Assembly (NCBI GenBank): GCA_001805445.1
Contig: MHGF01000036.1
Location: forward strand, 7,526 to 71,525
Origin: Omnitrophica WOR_2 bacterium GWF2_43_52
GTDB lineage: Bacteria; Omnitrophota; Gorgyraeia; Gygaellales; UBA12090
Direction: 5' to 3'
Length of the DNA: 64,000 nucleotides
Shown here: piece after piece, positions 28,005 through 38,859 of the stretch
How positions within the stretch are numbered: the stretch's first letter is position 1
How the letters are laid out: every line of letters begins with the position of its first letter
Translations under genes and position numbers: made by a program
The notes under the pieces: model-generated
Database searches by the model: none
Seen by the model: only the letters and a program-made list of their open reading frames with translations
Told to the model about the DNA's origin: nothing

Positions 28005-28112
28005 GTAATAATGCGTTGTTACATTAAATAATAGTAGTTCTTTAGCCCTTTAGCTGATTAGTCCCTTAGCTAATGAGCTGCTGCCAAAATATACTTTAAC
28101 AGAGTAATAGCT

Positions 28113-29012
28113 ATGAAGAAACAAATGTTGCATCGTGTCATCAAAGATGCGCTAACGGAGGATATCGGAGGCGGCGATATCACCAGCCGCATTCTGATAC
28201 CTAAGGGTAAGAAAATAAAGGCTGTGCTGTTTTTAAAAGAAAGAGGCGTGGTGGCGGGGCTGGCTGTCGCGCGGAACGTTTTTAAAATAGTAAACACGTC
28301 GGTTACTTTTAAAGCGCACTACGCTGAAGGCTCATGGCAAAACGCGGGGAAAATTCTTGCAACGGTAGAAGGTGATGCCCACGCTATACTGAAAGCGGAG
28401 CGGACGGCGTTAAATCTTTTAAGCCATCTTTGCGCAATAGCTACAGCTGCCAGGAAGTTTGTGGATAGAGTTAAGCCGTATAAAGTTAAGATTTTGGACA
28501 CTCGTAAGACTATTCCCGGGCTGCGTGACTTGCAAAAATACGCGGTGAGTCTTGGCGGCGGCTGTAATCACCGCATGGGCCTCTGGGATGGTATCTTGAT
28601 TAAGGATAATCATATTGCTATAGGGTGTAGGGGGCAGGGTTTAGGGTACATTGAAGAATTAATTGGGATGGCGAAAAAGAGAAGGCCAAAGGGCCTGAAA
28701 ATTGAAATAGAGGTAAAGAATTTACAGGAGTTTAGGCAAGCACTAAAGGCAGAGCCAGATATAATAATGTTGGATAATATGAAAATAGCTGATATTAGAA
28801 AGGCAGTTGAAATAAGACGCACGACACAAGGCGTCCGTCAAAGCAGTGTGGCGGGCGCACAACGCATGACGCAGATAGAAGCCTCCGGAGGCGTCCACCT
28901 AGATAATGTTAGGGCAATTGCCAAAACAGGCGTTGATAGTATTTCTATCGGTAGTCTCACCCATTCAGTGAAAGCCATTGATATTTCCTTAGAAGTAGCC
29001 CCTTCCCCTTGA
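28113..29012 (+). CDS. nadC: Nicotinate-nucleotide pyrophosphorylase (quinolinate phosphoribosyltransferase)
   Basis: ALTEDIGGGDITS N-terminus, ERTALNLLSHL, TRKT.PGLR, IMLDNM...IEASGG...TGVD.IS.GSLTHS. Contains a GC-rich ~14-aa insertion (28815-28872). Confidence 0.9.
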   Translation: MKKQMLHRVIKDALTEDIGGGDITSRILIPKGKKIKAVLFLKERGVVAGLAVARNVFKIVNTSVTFKAHYAEGSWQNAGKILATVEGDAHAILKAERTALNLLSHLCAIATAARKFVDRVKPYKVKILDTRKTIPGLRDLQKYAVSLGGGCNHRMGLWDGILIKDNHIAIGCRGQGLGYIEELIGMAKKRRPKGLKIEIEVKNLQEFRQALKAEPDIIMLDNMKIADIRKAVEIRRTTQGVRQSSVAGAQRMTQIEASGGVHLDNVRAIAKTGVDSISIGSLTHSVKAIDISLEVAPSP

Positions 29013-29027
29013 GTAGTACTTTTTGAG

Positions 29028-30989
29028 ATGAATAAATTCAAACTTGTGAGCTCTTATAATCCTGCGGGAGACCAGCCTCTGGCAATTGATGCTCTGGCTC
29101 AAGGTATTGGCTGTGGTGAAAAATACCAGACTCTTTTGGGAGTTACTGGTTCGGGAAAGACCTTTACCTTGGCCAATGTGATAGCCAAGATAAATAAACC
29201 AACCCTAGTTATTTCGCATAACAAAACCCTCGCAGCACAGCTTTACGGTGAATTTAAGGAATTCTTCCCCGAGAACGCGGTTGAATATTTTGTCAGCTAC
29301 TATGATTATTACCAGCCGGAAGCCTATATCCCCTCAACTGATATCTATATAGAAAAGGATTCTTCTATAAATGACCGCCTTGACCGTCTGCGCCTTTCAA
29401 GCACCAGTTCTCTTATGAGCAGGCGAGATTGCCTTATTGTGGCATCGGTTTCCTGTATTTATAATTTAGGCTCGCCTGAAGATTATAAAGAATCGCTGGT
29501 ATTTATTGAAAAAGGCCAAACCGTATCCAGGGATGGCCTGTTGCGTAAGCTTATTGAAATTCAATATGAGCGCAATGACTATGAATTTATCCGGGGAAGA
29601 ATCCGTGTCCGGGGGGATGTGGTTGAGGTCTTTCCCGCCTACACCAAAACCGCGCTTCGGGTGGAATTATCCGGCGATGAGGTAGAGAAAATCTTTGAGT
29701 GTAACCCTATAGACGGGAAAAAAATAACGGAGTTACAACGAGCAGCGATATATCCGGCAAAGCATTTTATTGTATCAAGTAAGCATCTTGAAGGAGCGCT
29801 TCTATCGATAGCCGAAGAATTGGAAGAAAGGCTTATTTTTTTGCGAACGCAAAATAAAATTTTAGAAGCCCAGCGCCTTGAATCCCGCACCAACTACGAT
29901 ATGGAGATGCTTAAGGAAATCGGCTATTGCCACGGGATTGAGAATTATTCGCGCCATTTATCAGGCAAGCCTCTAGGCTCAAGGCCGCATTGCCTGATTG
30001 ACTACTTTCCGGAAGATTTCCTTCTTATTATTGATGAAAGCCATGTGACTATTCCTCAGATTCGTGGGATGTATGAGGGTGATAAAGCGCGAAAAGAAAC
30101 ATTAGTGGAATTTGGTTTTCGTCTGCCCTCATGCCTCGATAACCGCCCTTTAAAGTTTGATGAATTTGAAAGTTTAATCCCTCTGGCTCTCTTTGTTTCG
30201 GCAACGCCAGCGGATTATGAGATAAAAAAGTCAAAGAGCACAATAATTGAGCAGATAATCCGGCCTACAGGCTTGGTTGACCCTGAAATTATCGTTAAGC
30301 CAAGCGCGGGGCAAGTTGAGGATTTGATTAAAGAGGTGAAAAAACGCGCTCAAAGAAATGAGCGGGTTTTGGTAACCGCGCTTACCAAGAGGATGTCTGA
30401 GGACCTGTCGCAGTATTTAAAGGAAGAAGGGCTCAAGGTAAAATACCTGCATTCGGAAATCCTGACCATTGAACGCACTAAGATATTGAAAGAATTGCGG
30501 CAGAAAAAGTTTGATTGTTTGGTAGGAGTGAACCTTTTACGTGAGGGATTGGATTTGCCTGAAGTTTCGCTCGTGGCTATTTTAGACGCGGATAAGGAAG
30601 GTTTTTTGCGTTCGGCAACTTCGCTTATCCAGGTTTCCGGAAGAGCTGCCCGTAACATTAATGGCCAGGTTATCATGTATGCCGATACAATTACCGGTTC
30701 AATGCAAAAGGCAATTTCTGAAAGCAGCCGCCGCCGTAAAATTCAGCTGGAATTTAATGCCAAGCACAAAATAACTCCCCGGGGTATCCAAAAGGCAATT
30801 CGCGAGGGGATTGAAGCCTTAGAAGATGCCGAAGATCTTACCCAGGATATCGTTGAGCTTTCCAAAGAAGAATATGAATTGAAGTCTTATATCGGGGAAT
30901 TAGAATATCAGATGGAGCTTGCCTCAAGAAACCTTCAATTTGAGGAAGCCGCCCGAATTCGGGATAAGATAAAGGAATTTAAAGGGTAG
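29028..30989 (+). CDS. uvrB: Excinuclease ABC subunit B
   Basis: Walker A GVTGSGKT, beta-hairpin [21 protein letters not shown], helicase motifs, C-terminal UVR domain; 653 aa. Confidence 0.95.
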   Translation: MNKFKLVSSYNPAGDQPLAIDALAQGIGCGEKYQTLLGVTGSGKTFTLANVIAKINKPTLVISHNKTLAAQLYGEFKEFFPENAVEYFVSYYDYYQPEAYIPSTDIYIEKDSSINDRLDRLRLSSTSSLMSRRDCLIVASVSCIYNLGSPEDYKESLVFIEKGQTVSRDGLLRKLIEIQYERNDYEFIRGRIRVRGDVVEVFPAYTKTALRVELSGDEVEKIFECNPIDGKKITELQRAAIYPAKHFIVSSKHLEGALLSIAEELEERLIFLRTQNKILEAQRLESRTNYDMEMLKEIGYCHGIENYSRHLSGKPLGSRPHCLIDYFPEDFLLIIDESHVTIPQIRGMYEGDKARKETLVEFGFRLPSCLDNRPLKFDEFESLIPLALFVSATPADYEIKKSKSTIIEQIIRPTGLVDPEIIVKPSAGQVEDLIKEVKKRAQRNERVLVTALTKRMSEDLSQYLKEEGLKVKYLHSEILTIERTKILKELRQKKFDCLVGVNLLREGLDLPEVSLVAILDADKEGFLRSATSLIQVSGRAARNINGQVIMYADTITGSMQKAISESSRRRKIQLEFNAKHKITPRGIQKAIREGIEALEDAEDLTQDIVELSKEEYELKSYIGELEYQMELASRNLQFEEAARIRDKIKEFKG

Positions 30990-31022
30990 GGACATGCCTC
31001 TGTGCTGTACTCAACAAATTGA

Positions 31023-31058
31023 GGGCAACCACAAGGGTTGCCCCTACTTTGGGGATTT
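31023..31058 (+). terminator. Putative intrinsic terminator after uvrB
   Basis: Hairpin GGGCAACC-ACAA-GGGTTGCCC then CCCC-TACTTT-GGGG and ATTTTA; the U-tract is weak. Confidence 0.4.
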
Positions 31059-31061
31059 TAG

Positions 31062-31838
31062 ATGGATGACGGGATCCTAAGAGTTTTTCGCGGCAAAGAA
31101 TTAGATACGCGTGTCATTGGCAAAAAGATTTACAAGTATGATACGGTTGGCTCAACCAATGACTCAGCGTTTATGTACGCGCTTAAAGGAGAGAAGGAAG
31201 GCGCTGTCTTTTGGGCAAGGTCTCAAACCAAAGGACGGGGAAGGCTGGGGAGGCAATGGATTTCTCATAAGGATAAAGGGCTTTATTTTTCCTTAATTTT
31301 ACGCCCGGATATCGTAGTGAATGACGCTCCAAAGATCACCCTCCTGGTTGCTTTAAGTATTTGTAAGGCGCTTGGAGGCTATACTCATTGCCAATTCCTT
31401 ATTAAATGGCCTAATGATATCTTTGTTGATGATAAGAAGATAGGCGGCATCCTCACGGAAATGGATGCCGAAATACAGAAAGTAAGGTTTCTTGTGGTAG
31501 GTATTGGCATTAACACTAATTTAAGGCAGAATGAATTACCCCTACGAGGCATAACTTCATTGAGAGTATTGCTTCAAAAAGATATCCACAACGAAAACCT
31601 TTTAGGGGCTTGCCTGAAAGAAATAGACCGTCATTATTTTCAATTCAAAAAAGAAGGAATTTCAGATATAATAGAGGATGCGCGCCATTTCTCAAGCCTC
31701 TGGGGCAAACAGGTGAAGGTTAACGGCAAGCCTGAAGGAACAGCGGTAGATTTTGATAATGAGGGAGCCTTGGTAGTGCGGCAAAACAATGGTTTTATGA
31801 AACATATTTTCGCGGGAGATGTAGAGCTGTTGAGGTAA
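31062..31838 (+). CDS. birA: Biotin--[acetyl-CoA-carboxylase] ligase, group I (no HTH domain)
   Basis: GRGRLGRQW motif, KWPNDIF; 258 aa. Confidence 0.85.
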   Translation: MDDGILRVFRGKELDTRVIGKKIYKYDTVGSTNDSAFMYALKGEKEGAVFWARSQTKGRGRLGRQWISHKDKGLYFSLILRPDIVVNDAPKITLLVALSICKALGGYTHCQFLIKWPNDIFVDDKKIGGILTEMDAEIQKVRFLVVGIGINTNLRQNELPLRGITSLRVLLQKDIHNENLLGACLKEIDRHYFQFKKEGISDIIEDARHFSSLWGKQVKVNGKPEGTAVDFDNEGALVVRQNNGFMKHIFAGDVELLR

Positions 31839-31840
31839 TA

Positions 31841-32608
31841 ATGATTTTAGCCGTAGATATAGGAAATACCACTATAACCATAGGCATATTCCGAAGAAAG
31901 AAGCTTATTCTTAAATCCAGCCTCGCGGCTCAAAAATATCGGAAGTTTAAAACCTTTTTAGAAGAAAATTTGAAAAAAAGCCATAACGCGTTGTCAGCCA
32001 TAGAGTGTGCGGTTATCTGTAGCGTAGTCCCTGGGGTTACGCCCACAATAGAAAAAGCAATAGGATCAAAGGGGAATATCCCTGTTTATGTCTTGGGGAA
32101 GAACCTTAAAGTTCCCATAAAGAATCTCTACGCGAAACCAAAACAAGTTGGCCAAGATCGCCTGTTGTGCGCCTATATGGCAATGAAGCTTTATGGCGCG
32201 CCGGTTATCTCCATAGATTTAGGAACTGCCCTTACGTTTGATGTGGTTTCTAAGAATAAAGAATATTTAGGGGGAATTATTTTTCCAGGATTAACGCTTT
32301 CATTAGCTGTACTCCATCGTTATACCGCTTTATTGCCTGAGGTAGAATTAAAGCAATCCAAAGCATTGATTGGGAAAAATGCGCAGGGGAGCATGCTCTC
32401 AGGAATCACGTATGGTTATGGAAGTTTGATTGATGGATTAGTGGAAAAGTTGAAGAAGGAAATTCACGGTAAGCCAAAGATAATTGCTACTGGCGGGGAT
32501 AGCCTATTCGTAAAACGATATTGTGCCAGTATAGATTTCTTTGAGCCAGGCCTAATTTTAAAAGGAATGGCAGAATTGTTTGAAGAAACAGCATATGATA
32601 CGCGATAA
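31841..32608 (+). CDS. coaX: Type III pantothenate kinase
   Basis: MILAVDIGNTTITIGIF, ...GTA.TFD...GG.I.PG; 255 aa; birA-coaX adjacency is common. Confidence 0.9.
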   Translation: MILAVDIGNTTITIGIFRRKKLILKSSLAAQKYRKFKTFLEENLKKSHNALSAIECAVICSVVPGVTPTIEKAIGSKGNIPVYVLGKNLKVPIKNLYAKPKQVGQDRLLCAYMAMKLYGAPVISIDLGTALTFDVVSKNKEYLGGIIFPGLTLSLAVLHRYTALLPEVELKQSKALIGKNAQGSMLSGITYGYGSLIDGLVEKLKKEIHGKPKIIATGGDSLFVKRYCASIDFFEPGLILKGMAELFEETAYDTR

Positions 32609-33761
32609 GAATATTCTCTTTGTGATTACAAAATTAGAATTAGGAGGCGCCCAAAAACAATTATTAAACCTGATAAAACATTTAGATAGGGAAAACAATA
32701 ATATTTTCTTGTTTACCGCTAAAAGTGGTTTATTACATGCTGAAACATTATCAATGGCAGGGCTCAAGGTAAAAAAATCAGGATTCCTGGAACGCTCTCC
32801 GCATCCCTTAAAGGATTTATTGGCGTTATGCGAGCTATATTTTTTTATTAAAAGAAATAATATTGATATTGTGCATACCCATAGCTCTAAAGCGGGCATT
32901 CTTGGGCGCATAGCAGCATGGTTAGCAAAAGCAAAAGGTGTGGTGCACACCGTTCATGGCTGGTCATTTAATGATTACCAGCCATTTTTTGTGCGCGAGC
33001 TTTATATTTTCTTGGAAAGATTGGTTGCGCGAGTTACTGATATACTGGTAGTCGTTTCTTGCCATGATCGCACTAAGGGTATAGCCAATCATATCGGGAC
33101 TATTGGAAAGTATGTTCTTATTCGTTACGGTATTAATTATTCGGAATTTGCTGGGACAGATAACGGAAATGTAAGGAAAGAATTAGGGCTAACAGCGGAT
33201 GATTTGGTTGTTGGGATGGTGGCATGTTTTAAGCCGCAAAAGGCTCCGCAGGATTTTATTAAGATGGCATCTTTGGTTAACGAGGTTCTGCCCGAAGTGA
33301 AGTTTATTTTAATCGGTGATGGGATTTTACGTAAAAAGATAGAATACCTTATTAGGCAGCTTAAATTACAAAAACAGATAGTATTATTGGGCTGGCGCCG
33401 GGATATCCCAAGAATTTTATCGGCACTTGATATTTTTGTGCTTACTTCCTTATGGGAGGGATTACCGATATCGGTATTGGAGGCGATGGCTTCCTCTAAG
33501 TCTGTAGTAGTTACTGATACTGGTGGAGTTCGGGAGGTAGTACGTGAGAACGAGACAGGCTTTTTAACCGCGCCAAAAGATATTCCCGCAATGGCGCAAA
33601 GGCTTGAGATTTTGTTAAAGGATAAAGGCTTGAGAGAGGCTTATGGGGGCAATAGTAGAGAGAGCCTCTCTCTGGATTTTCATCTTGATACTATGCTCTT
33701 TTGTACTCAGCATTGCTACAGAATTTTATTAGAAGGAAGAAAAGTTGCAGATATTTATTAA
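32580..33761 (+). CDS. Glycosyltransferase family 4
   Basis: N-terminal KILFVITKLELGGAQKQLLNL; C-terminal GT4 nucleotide-sugar-binding region (EGLPISVLEAMASSKSVVVTDTGG). Confidence 0.85.
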   Translation: MKKQHMIRDKNILFVITKLELGGAQKQLLNLIKHLDRENNNIFLFTAKSGLLHAETLSMAGLKVKKSGFLERSPHPLKDLLALCELYFFIKRNNIDIVHTHSSKAGILGRIAAWLAKAKGVVHTVHGWSFNDYQPFFVRELYIFLERLVARVTDILVVVSCHDRTKGIANHIGTIGKYVLIRYGINYSEFAGTDNGNVRKELGLTADDLVVGMVACFKPQKAPQDFIKMASLVNEVLPEVKFILIGDGILRKKIEYLIRQLKLQKQIVLLGWRRDIPRILSALDIFVLTSLWEGLPISVLEAMASSKSVVVTDTGGVREVVRENETGFLTAPKDIPAMAQRLEILLKDKGLREAYGGNSRESLSLDFHLDTMLFCTQHCYRILLEGRKVADIY

Positions 33762-34719
33762 ACCTGTTCTTACTATCCTCATTTCTTTTGCCTTGTGTTC
33801 CGTTTTTTTATGCTTTTTAAAGAAACAATTTTTACAGAGAGCGCCGCAGTGTATCCCTTCAGTCGGTGGGATTAGCATAGGGATAGTATCGCTTATAGTC
33901 TGTTTTTTAGTGCTTTTTATAGGTAAGGGGCTATCCCACAATATGATAGGGATTTTAGCCTCTTCTTTTATAATGTTGCTGTTTGGTATCATTGATGATA
34001 TCTTTGAATTGTCAATAGTGGCTAAATTCATCGCCCAGATTTTCTCACTATCAGTCTTGATTGCTTGGGGTATAAGGGCTAATATCGTTGGTATTGGTGT
34101 TTTACTGAATTTAGTGGTAACGTTTCTATGGGTTTTGGGGGTTTCTAATGCTTTTAACCATTTAGATGTAATGGATGGCCTGGCAGGAATGGTTGCAATG
34201 ATGGTGAGTTTTGGTTTGCTATGGGTAAGCATTGGAACCTTCGATATCCAGGCAATTATTTTACTCTGCGCGCTCATAGGGGCCTTATGGAGTTTTTTAA
34301 TTTACAACTTTCCCCCAGCAAAGGTTTATTTAGGCAATGCTGGGAGCCATTTCTTGGGATTTATTATAGCATCGCTTGCTTTATTAGCACACTATGCGCC
34401 TTTAGAAAGAAAGATTGCCCTGCTTTCACCTTTAGCTATTCTTGGTTTTCCTGTTTTCGATACGGCATTCGTAATAGTAATGCGTTTGCGTAAGCATCAA
34501 TCTCCTTTTAAGAAAAGTGACGACCATCTTGCATTACGATTGCTAAAAAATGGATATACAAAAAAAGGGGCGCTGATTTTTATGGCTTCCTTATGCATCT
34601 TTTTTGTGGTGAGCGGGATAGTTTTAAGCAGCGTTTCTAATATAATCGGCCTTAGAGTTATTATAACTGTTGTTTTAGTGAGTTTATGCGTAGTTGTCCA
34701 ATGTAGTAAAATAGGATAA
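33745..34719 (+). CDS. Polyprenyl-phosphate sugar-1-phosphate transferase (WecA/MraY family); likely initiating enzyme
   Basis: About 10 TM helices; NAFNHLDVMDGLAG corresponds to the MraY/WecA NxxNxxDGIDGL motif. Confidence 0.75.
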   Translation: MQIFIKPVLTILISFALCSVFLCFLKKQFLQRAPQCIPSVGGISIGIVSLIVCFLVLFIGKGLSHNMIGILASSFIMLLFGIIDDIFELSIVAKFIAQIFSLSVLIAWGIRANIVGIGVLLNLVVTFLWVLGVSNAFNHLDVMDGLAGMVAMMVSFGLLWVSIGTFDIQAIILLCALIGALWSFLIYNFPPAKVYLGNAGSHFLGFIIASLALLAHYAPLERKIALLSPLAILGFPVFDTAFVIVMRLRKHQSPFKKSDDHLALRLLKNGYTKKGALIFMASLCIFFVVSGIVLSSVSNIIGLRVIITVVLVSLCVVVQCSKIG

Positions 34720-36032
34720 TGGCGAAGAAGAAAAGGATCATCATTGTAGGTGCAGGATTGTCAGGATTAAGTGCTGCATGGCATCTTCAGAAAAGAGGGA
34801 TAGAATGTCTAGTCTTTGAGAAAGAACCCGAGGTAGGAGGACTATGTCGTTCTAAAAAAATAAACGGCTTTACTTTTGATTACGCAGGGCATCTTTTACA
34901 TTTTAGGCATCGTTACGCTTTTAATCTTGTTAAGCGTTTACTAAGCGATAATCTACACCCATATAAACGGAGTGCTTGGGTTTATTCTCATGAGCGGTAT
35001 ATACCGTATCCTTTTCAGGCAAATCTTTTTGGTTTACCTCCTAAAGTTGTTAAAGACTGCCTCATGGGTTTTATTCAGGCGCATCATAATAAGCGTTTCC
35101 TCAAAAAAAGAAATATGAGTTTTCATGATTGGATATACGATACTTTTGGCAAAGGGATAGCGGCCCATTTTATGGTTCCTTATAACAGGAAATTTTGGAC
35201 AGTTCCCCTTACTGAATTAACCTGTGAATGGTTGAATGGTTTTATCCCTTTACCCTCTTTAGCTGAGGTAGTTGAAGGAGCTGTGCAAAAGACAAAAAAA
35301 GATGGTTGGGGATACAATAGCCGCTTTTGGTACCCCGAGAAAGGGGGTATTGCTTCGCTTCCTTTGGCGTTAGCAAGGCAGATTAGAAATATATATACCC
35401 ATTGCGAAATTGTAGAGGTAAACTCCAAGGAAAAAGAAATCAGAATGAAGTCAGGAAGCAAAGAAAAATTCGATTGCCTTATTTCTACAATTCCTTTGCC
35501 TGAGTTCGGCTGTTTATTTAAAAGTCTCCCACAGTCGATACATAGTTTATTGCATAAATTAAAATGGAATTCTATTTTTAATCTTAATTTAGGCCTCCAA
35601 AAGAGAAAGAATGCGCACTGCCACTGGGTATATTTCCCGCAAAAAGAAATCAATTTTTTTCGCATAGGGTTCCCTTCGTGTTTTTCTCCATACACAGTAC
35701 CATCGCGGGGGAGTTCCTTATATGCAGAGGTGGCATATTCCAAGGATCAACCCATCGACAAAAGCTCGATAGTCTCCTCTATCAAGAAGGATTTGCAAAA
35801 GATAGGAATCATAGGAGGCGAAGGTGATGTGTGTGCCCAGGATGTTAACGATATAAGATACGGATATCCTATTTATGACAAAAACTATCGAGGAGCAAGA
35901 AAAGGCATAGTGCGCTTCCTCTTGCAAAAACAAATTATTCCCTGCGGCCGTTTTGGCTCATGGCGGTATATGAGTATGGAAGATGTGCTATTAAATGGCA
36001 TGGAATTAGCAAAGAGCATAGCTCATTATTAA
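34719..36032 (+). CDS. FAD-dependent oxidoreductase, UDP-galactopyranose mutase-like
   Basis: Rossmann IIIVGAGLSGLSAA...FEKEPEVGG; internal FWYPEKGGI; C-terminal CGRFGSWRYMSMEDV resembles the Glf C-terminus (GRLG.Y.Y..MD). Confidence 0.55.
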   Translation: MAKKKRIIIVGAGLSGLSAAWHLQKRGIECLVFEKEPEVGGLCRSKKINGFTFDYAGHLLHFRHRYAFNLVKRLLSDNLHPYKRSAWVYSHERYIPYPFQANLFGLPPKVVKDCLMGFIQAHHNKRFLKKRNMSFHDWIYDTFGKGIAAHFMVPYNRKFWTVPLTELTCEWLNGFIPLPSLAEVVEGAVQKTKKDGWGYNSRFWYPEKGGIASLPLALARQIRNIYTHCEIVEVNSKEKEIRMKSGSKEKFDCLISTIPLPEFGCLFKSLPQSIHSLLHKLKWNSIFNLNLGLQKRKNAHCHWVYFPQKEINFFRIGFPSCFSPYTVPSRGSSLYAEVAYSKDQPIDKSSIVSSIKKDLQKIGIIGGEGDVCAQDVNDIRYGYPIYDKNYRGARKGIVRFLLQKQIIPCGRFGSWRYMSMEDVLLNGMELAKSIAHY

Positions 36033-36033
36033 A

Positions 36034-36855
36034 ATGGTTGCTATTTTACAAGAAATATTTTCCAGAAGAAATTTATTATATGAGCTTGTTATGAGAGATT
36101 TAAAGATTCGTTATGCAAGGAAATCAATGGGGTTTCTTTGGACTTTTTTAATGCCTTTTGCAACAGTTATAACTTTCTACGTAATTTTTTGCCAAATATT
36201 AAAGGTCAAAATAGGGGAAGCACCTTTTTTCTTATATTTAATGAGCGGGGTATTCAGTTGGAGGTTTTTTCACGATTCTGTTGCTGCTGCTACTACGTGT
36301 TTAACGGATAATAAGAAGTTGGTTCAAGAACCGGCCTTCCCCCATTATTTTATTCCTCTCGCGATTACCCTTGCCAATGTAATTAATTTTCTCCCTTCTT
36401 TATTTATTACGGTAGTTATTTCTTTGTTCGTCTCACGCGGAAATGTTATTTTTATTTTTTCTTTACCTTTTATTATATGTATCCATGTTTGTTTAACCGC
36501 AGGCGTTGCAGTTATTTTCTCTATTCTTTATGTGCGATGGAGGAATGTTAAATATGTTGTAGAATTATTTCTATTCGAAGCCTTCTATGCAACTCCTGTC
36601 TTTTATTCGATATATTTAATCAAAGCCACATTCCCCGATATATTCTTTAAGATATTTCTTTGTAACCCATTTACGGGTATTTTGAATTTGTATCGTATCG
36701 CTTTATTGCGGGGCTTTTATGACATGACCAAAAATGACCTTAGCATTTTTAGTTTAATCATTGGTCCTCTCGTCTTTACAATCGGGATTCTTATTCTTGG
36801 ATATATGCTTTACGAGAGGCATAAAACTATAATTAATGATTATTTGTCAGGATAA
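36034..36855 (+). CDS. wzm: ABC-2 type polysaccharide export permease (Wzm/KpsM/TagG-like)
   Basis: MRDLKIRYARKSMGFLWTFLMPF signature; 6 TM helices; 273 aa. Confidence 0.85.
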   Translation: MVAILQEIFSRRNLLYELVMRDLKIRYARKSMGFLWTFLMPFATVITFYVIFCQILKVKIGEAPFFLYLMSGVFSWRFFHDSVAAATTCLTDNKKLVQEPAFPHYFIPLAITLANVINFLPSLFITVVISLFVSRGNVIFIFSLPFIICIHVCLTAGVAVIFSILYVRWRNVKYVVELFLFEAFYATPVFYSIYLIKATFPDIFFKIFLCNPFTGILNLYRIALLRGFYDMTKNDLSIFSLIIGPLVFTIGILILGYMLYERHKTIINDYLSG

Positions 36856-36858
36856 AAT

Positions 36859-38595
36859 ATGATTCCGTTACTTTTAAACGATACCGCTATGGCTGTTTCT
36901 TTGGGCGCGTTAAGCAAGAAATATCCGCTTCAGGCAGTATCCGGGAGCCACACGCGCTATCTGGGTGGCGAATTTTGGGCATTAAAGGATATCTCTTTAA
37001 GTATTCCTCAGGGACATATTTTAGGTATCCTTGGCCGGAATGGCTCAGGCAAGACAACACTTTTAAATGTCGTTGCAGGAATCGTACCTCCTACCAAGGG
37101 AAAGGTTGTGACCAAGGGGAAGGTGCTTGGCTTGTTTAACTTGGGAATAGGGTTTCAAGATGAACTCAGCGGGAGAGAAAATATTTTTCTTAATGGGTCG
37201 ATTATTGGAGCAGGAAAGACGGAGCTTGAAAATGCATTATCGGCAATTATAGACTTTTCAGAGTTGGGAGATTTTATTGATATGCCCTTAGGCAGCTATT
37301 CGCAAGGCATGCGTTTGCGTTTAGGTTTTAGTATTATTGCCCATTTGGATTTTGAGGTATTGGTGATTGATGAAATTTTAACTGTAGGAGACATCCTATT
37401 TCAAAATAAGTGCTTTCAGCGTTTGATAGAGTTTAAACATTCAGGAAAAACATTGCTGATAACTACGCAAAGCATGGATTTGCTTGAGAGGCTTTGTGAT
37501 ACAGTTGCCCTTTTGGAGCATGGATGCTTATTGTTTCATGGTGAAGCAGAAAAAGCTGTTAACCACTATTATGCCCTATTAAATGCAAAGAAGTTCTTTG
37601 TAGGGTTACCGAAAGAGAACGTGCGTATGGTTGAGACTACCAAGAAATGGGCGGATAATAGATCGGAGTGGGGTTTACGGCTTGGGACAAAGGAAGCGGA
37701 AATACATTCCCTTAGCCTTTATAATAAATTCGGATTGCTCTGTAAGCGTATTAGAAGTGGCCAACCATTAAAACTAAGAGTTAATTTTAGTGTTAATACT
37801 ATTATTAAGGATCCGCATTTTGGAATAGCAATATTCAGAAAAGATGGGGTCTATTGCTACGGGCCTAATACTCTCTTTGATGGGCACAAAATCCCAGAGC
37901 TCAAAAAAGGGAAAGGGTGGTTTTCTCTTCATTATAAGAAATTATGGTTAGCTCCCGGAGAGTATGTGCTCTCAGTAGCTATTTGGGATAAATATGAGAC
38001 CGTGGCGTTTGATTACCATTGTGGTTATTATACGTTATTAGTAACAGGAGCTGATAATAGAGATAACAAGCTTTTAGATGTCAAAGCCAAGTATAAGCTT
38101 TCAAGGAAAAAATATCGCCCATATACTTTTATAAAAAAAAGTGATGCCAGAGCCATTATGCCATTTCTTAGCGATGCGAGCGTCCATAAGCAGCAGTATG
38201 CCGGCATAGAAATACAATCATTTTTACTCTCCCACCCCTCTGGGCAAAAAAAAGGTATTTTTATCACTAATCAGCCGGTTATGTTTCGTATCACTATAAG
38301 TACTCATTTGCTTGAGGAAAAAGGTAGAGATATATGGTTTGGCATCTTTAGGGAAGATGGTATTTATTGCCACGGAATATCGTTCGCGATAGAAAACGAT
38401 ACCAGGATTACTCTTGTGTACCCTCAACTGCCGTTATTACCGGGAAAATACGGGGTTTCGATTGGACTCTCGAATAAAAAAACGCGTAGGCCATTTCTGC
38501 ACTTCCCCGGGATACATTCGTTTTGTATGACATTTGATAAACATGATCATGGAACAGTTTATCTAGAGCATTCTTGGGCATGGAAAATGGCCTAA
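36859..38595 (+). CDS. wzt: Polysaccharide ABC transporter ATP-binding protein (Wzt/TagH-like) with about 330-aa C-terminal extension (likely glycan-binding domains)
   Basis: Walker A GRNGSGKTT, signature SYSQGMRLRLGF, Walker B VLVIDE; long beta-rich C-terminal extension, possibly duplicated. Confidence 0.85.
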   Translation: MIPLLLNDTAMAVSLGALSKKYPLQAVSGSHTRYLGGEFWALKDISLSIPQGHILGILGRNGSGKTTLLNVVAGIVPPTKGKVVTKGKVLGLFNLGIGFQDELSGRENIFLNGSIIGAGKTELENALSAIIDFSELGDFIDMPLGSYSQGMRLRLGFSIIAHLDFEVLVIDEILTVGDILFQNKCFQRLIEFKHSGKTLLITTQSMDLLERLCDTVALLEHGCLLFHGEAEKAVNHYYALLNAKKFFVGLPKENVRMVETTKKWADNRSEWGLRLGTKEAEIHSLSLYNKFGLLCKRIRSGQPLKLRVNFSVNTIIKDPHFGIAIFRKDGVYCYGPNTLFDGHKIPELKKGKGWFSLHYKKLWLAPGEYVLSVAIWDKYETVAFDYHCGYYTLLVTGADNRDNKLLDVKAKYKLSRKKYRPYTFIKKSDARAIMPFLSDASVHKQQYAGIEIQSFLLSHPSGQKKGIFITNQPVMFRITISTHLLEEKGRDIWFGIFREDGIYCHGISFAIENDTRITLVYPQLPLLPGKYGVSIGLSNKKTRRPFLHFPGIHSFCMTFDKHDHGTVYLEHSWAWKMA

Positions 38596-38859
38596 GTATA
38601 GGTTTTTTCTATGGTATTTTCTAGGGATACCATAACTTTGTTACTGCTGGCAAGGAATGGATTTTACGGCAAGGGGCGTTTATAATCAAAACACATAAGC
38701 GACAGAAATTATTTCAGCGAAGAAAACCAGAATTATCAAGCCTTCTTCCTGTCGAGCATTCCATACATTAAATTGAAAAGGCGAAAGCCCTGTAATCCTT
38801 TAGGCCTTATCTTGAGTTAGCGCGAGCCTGTAACACAAAGGAAATCCAGAGACTAAAGC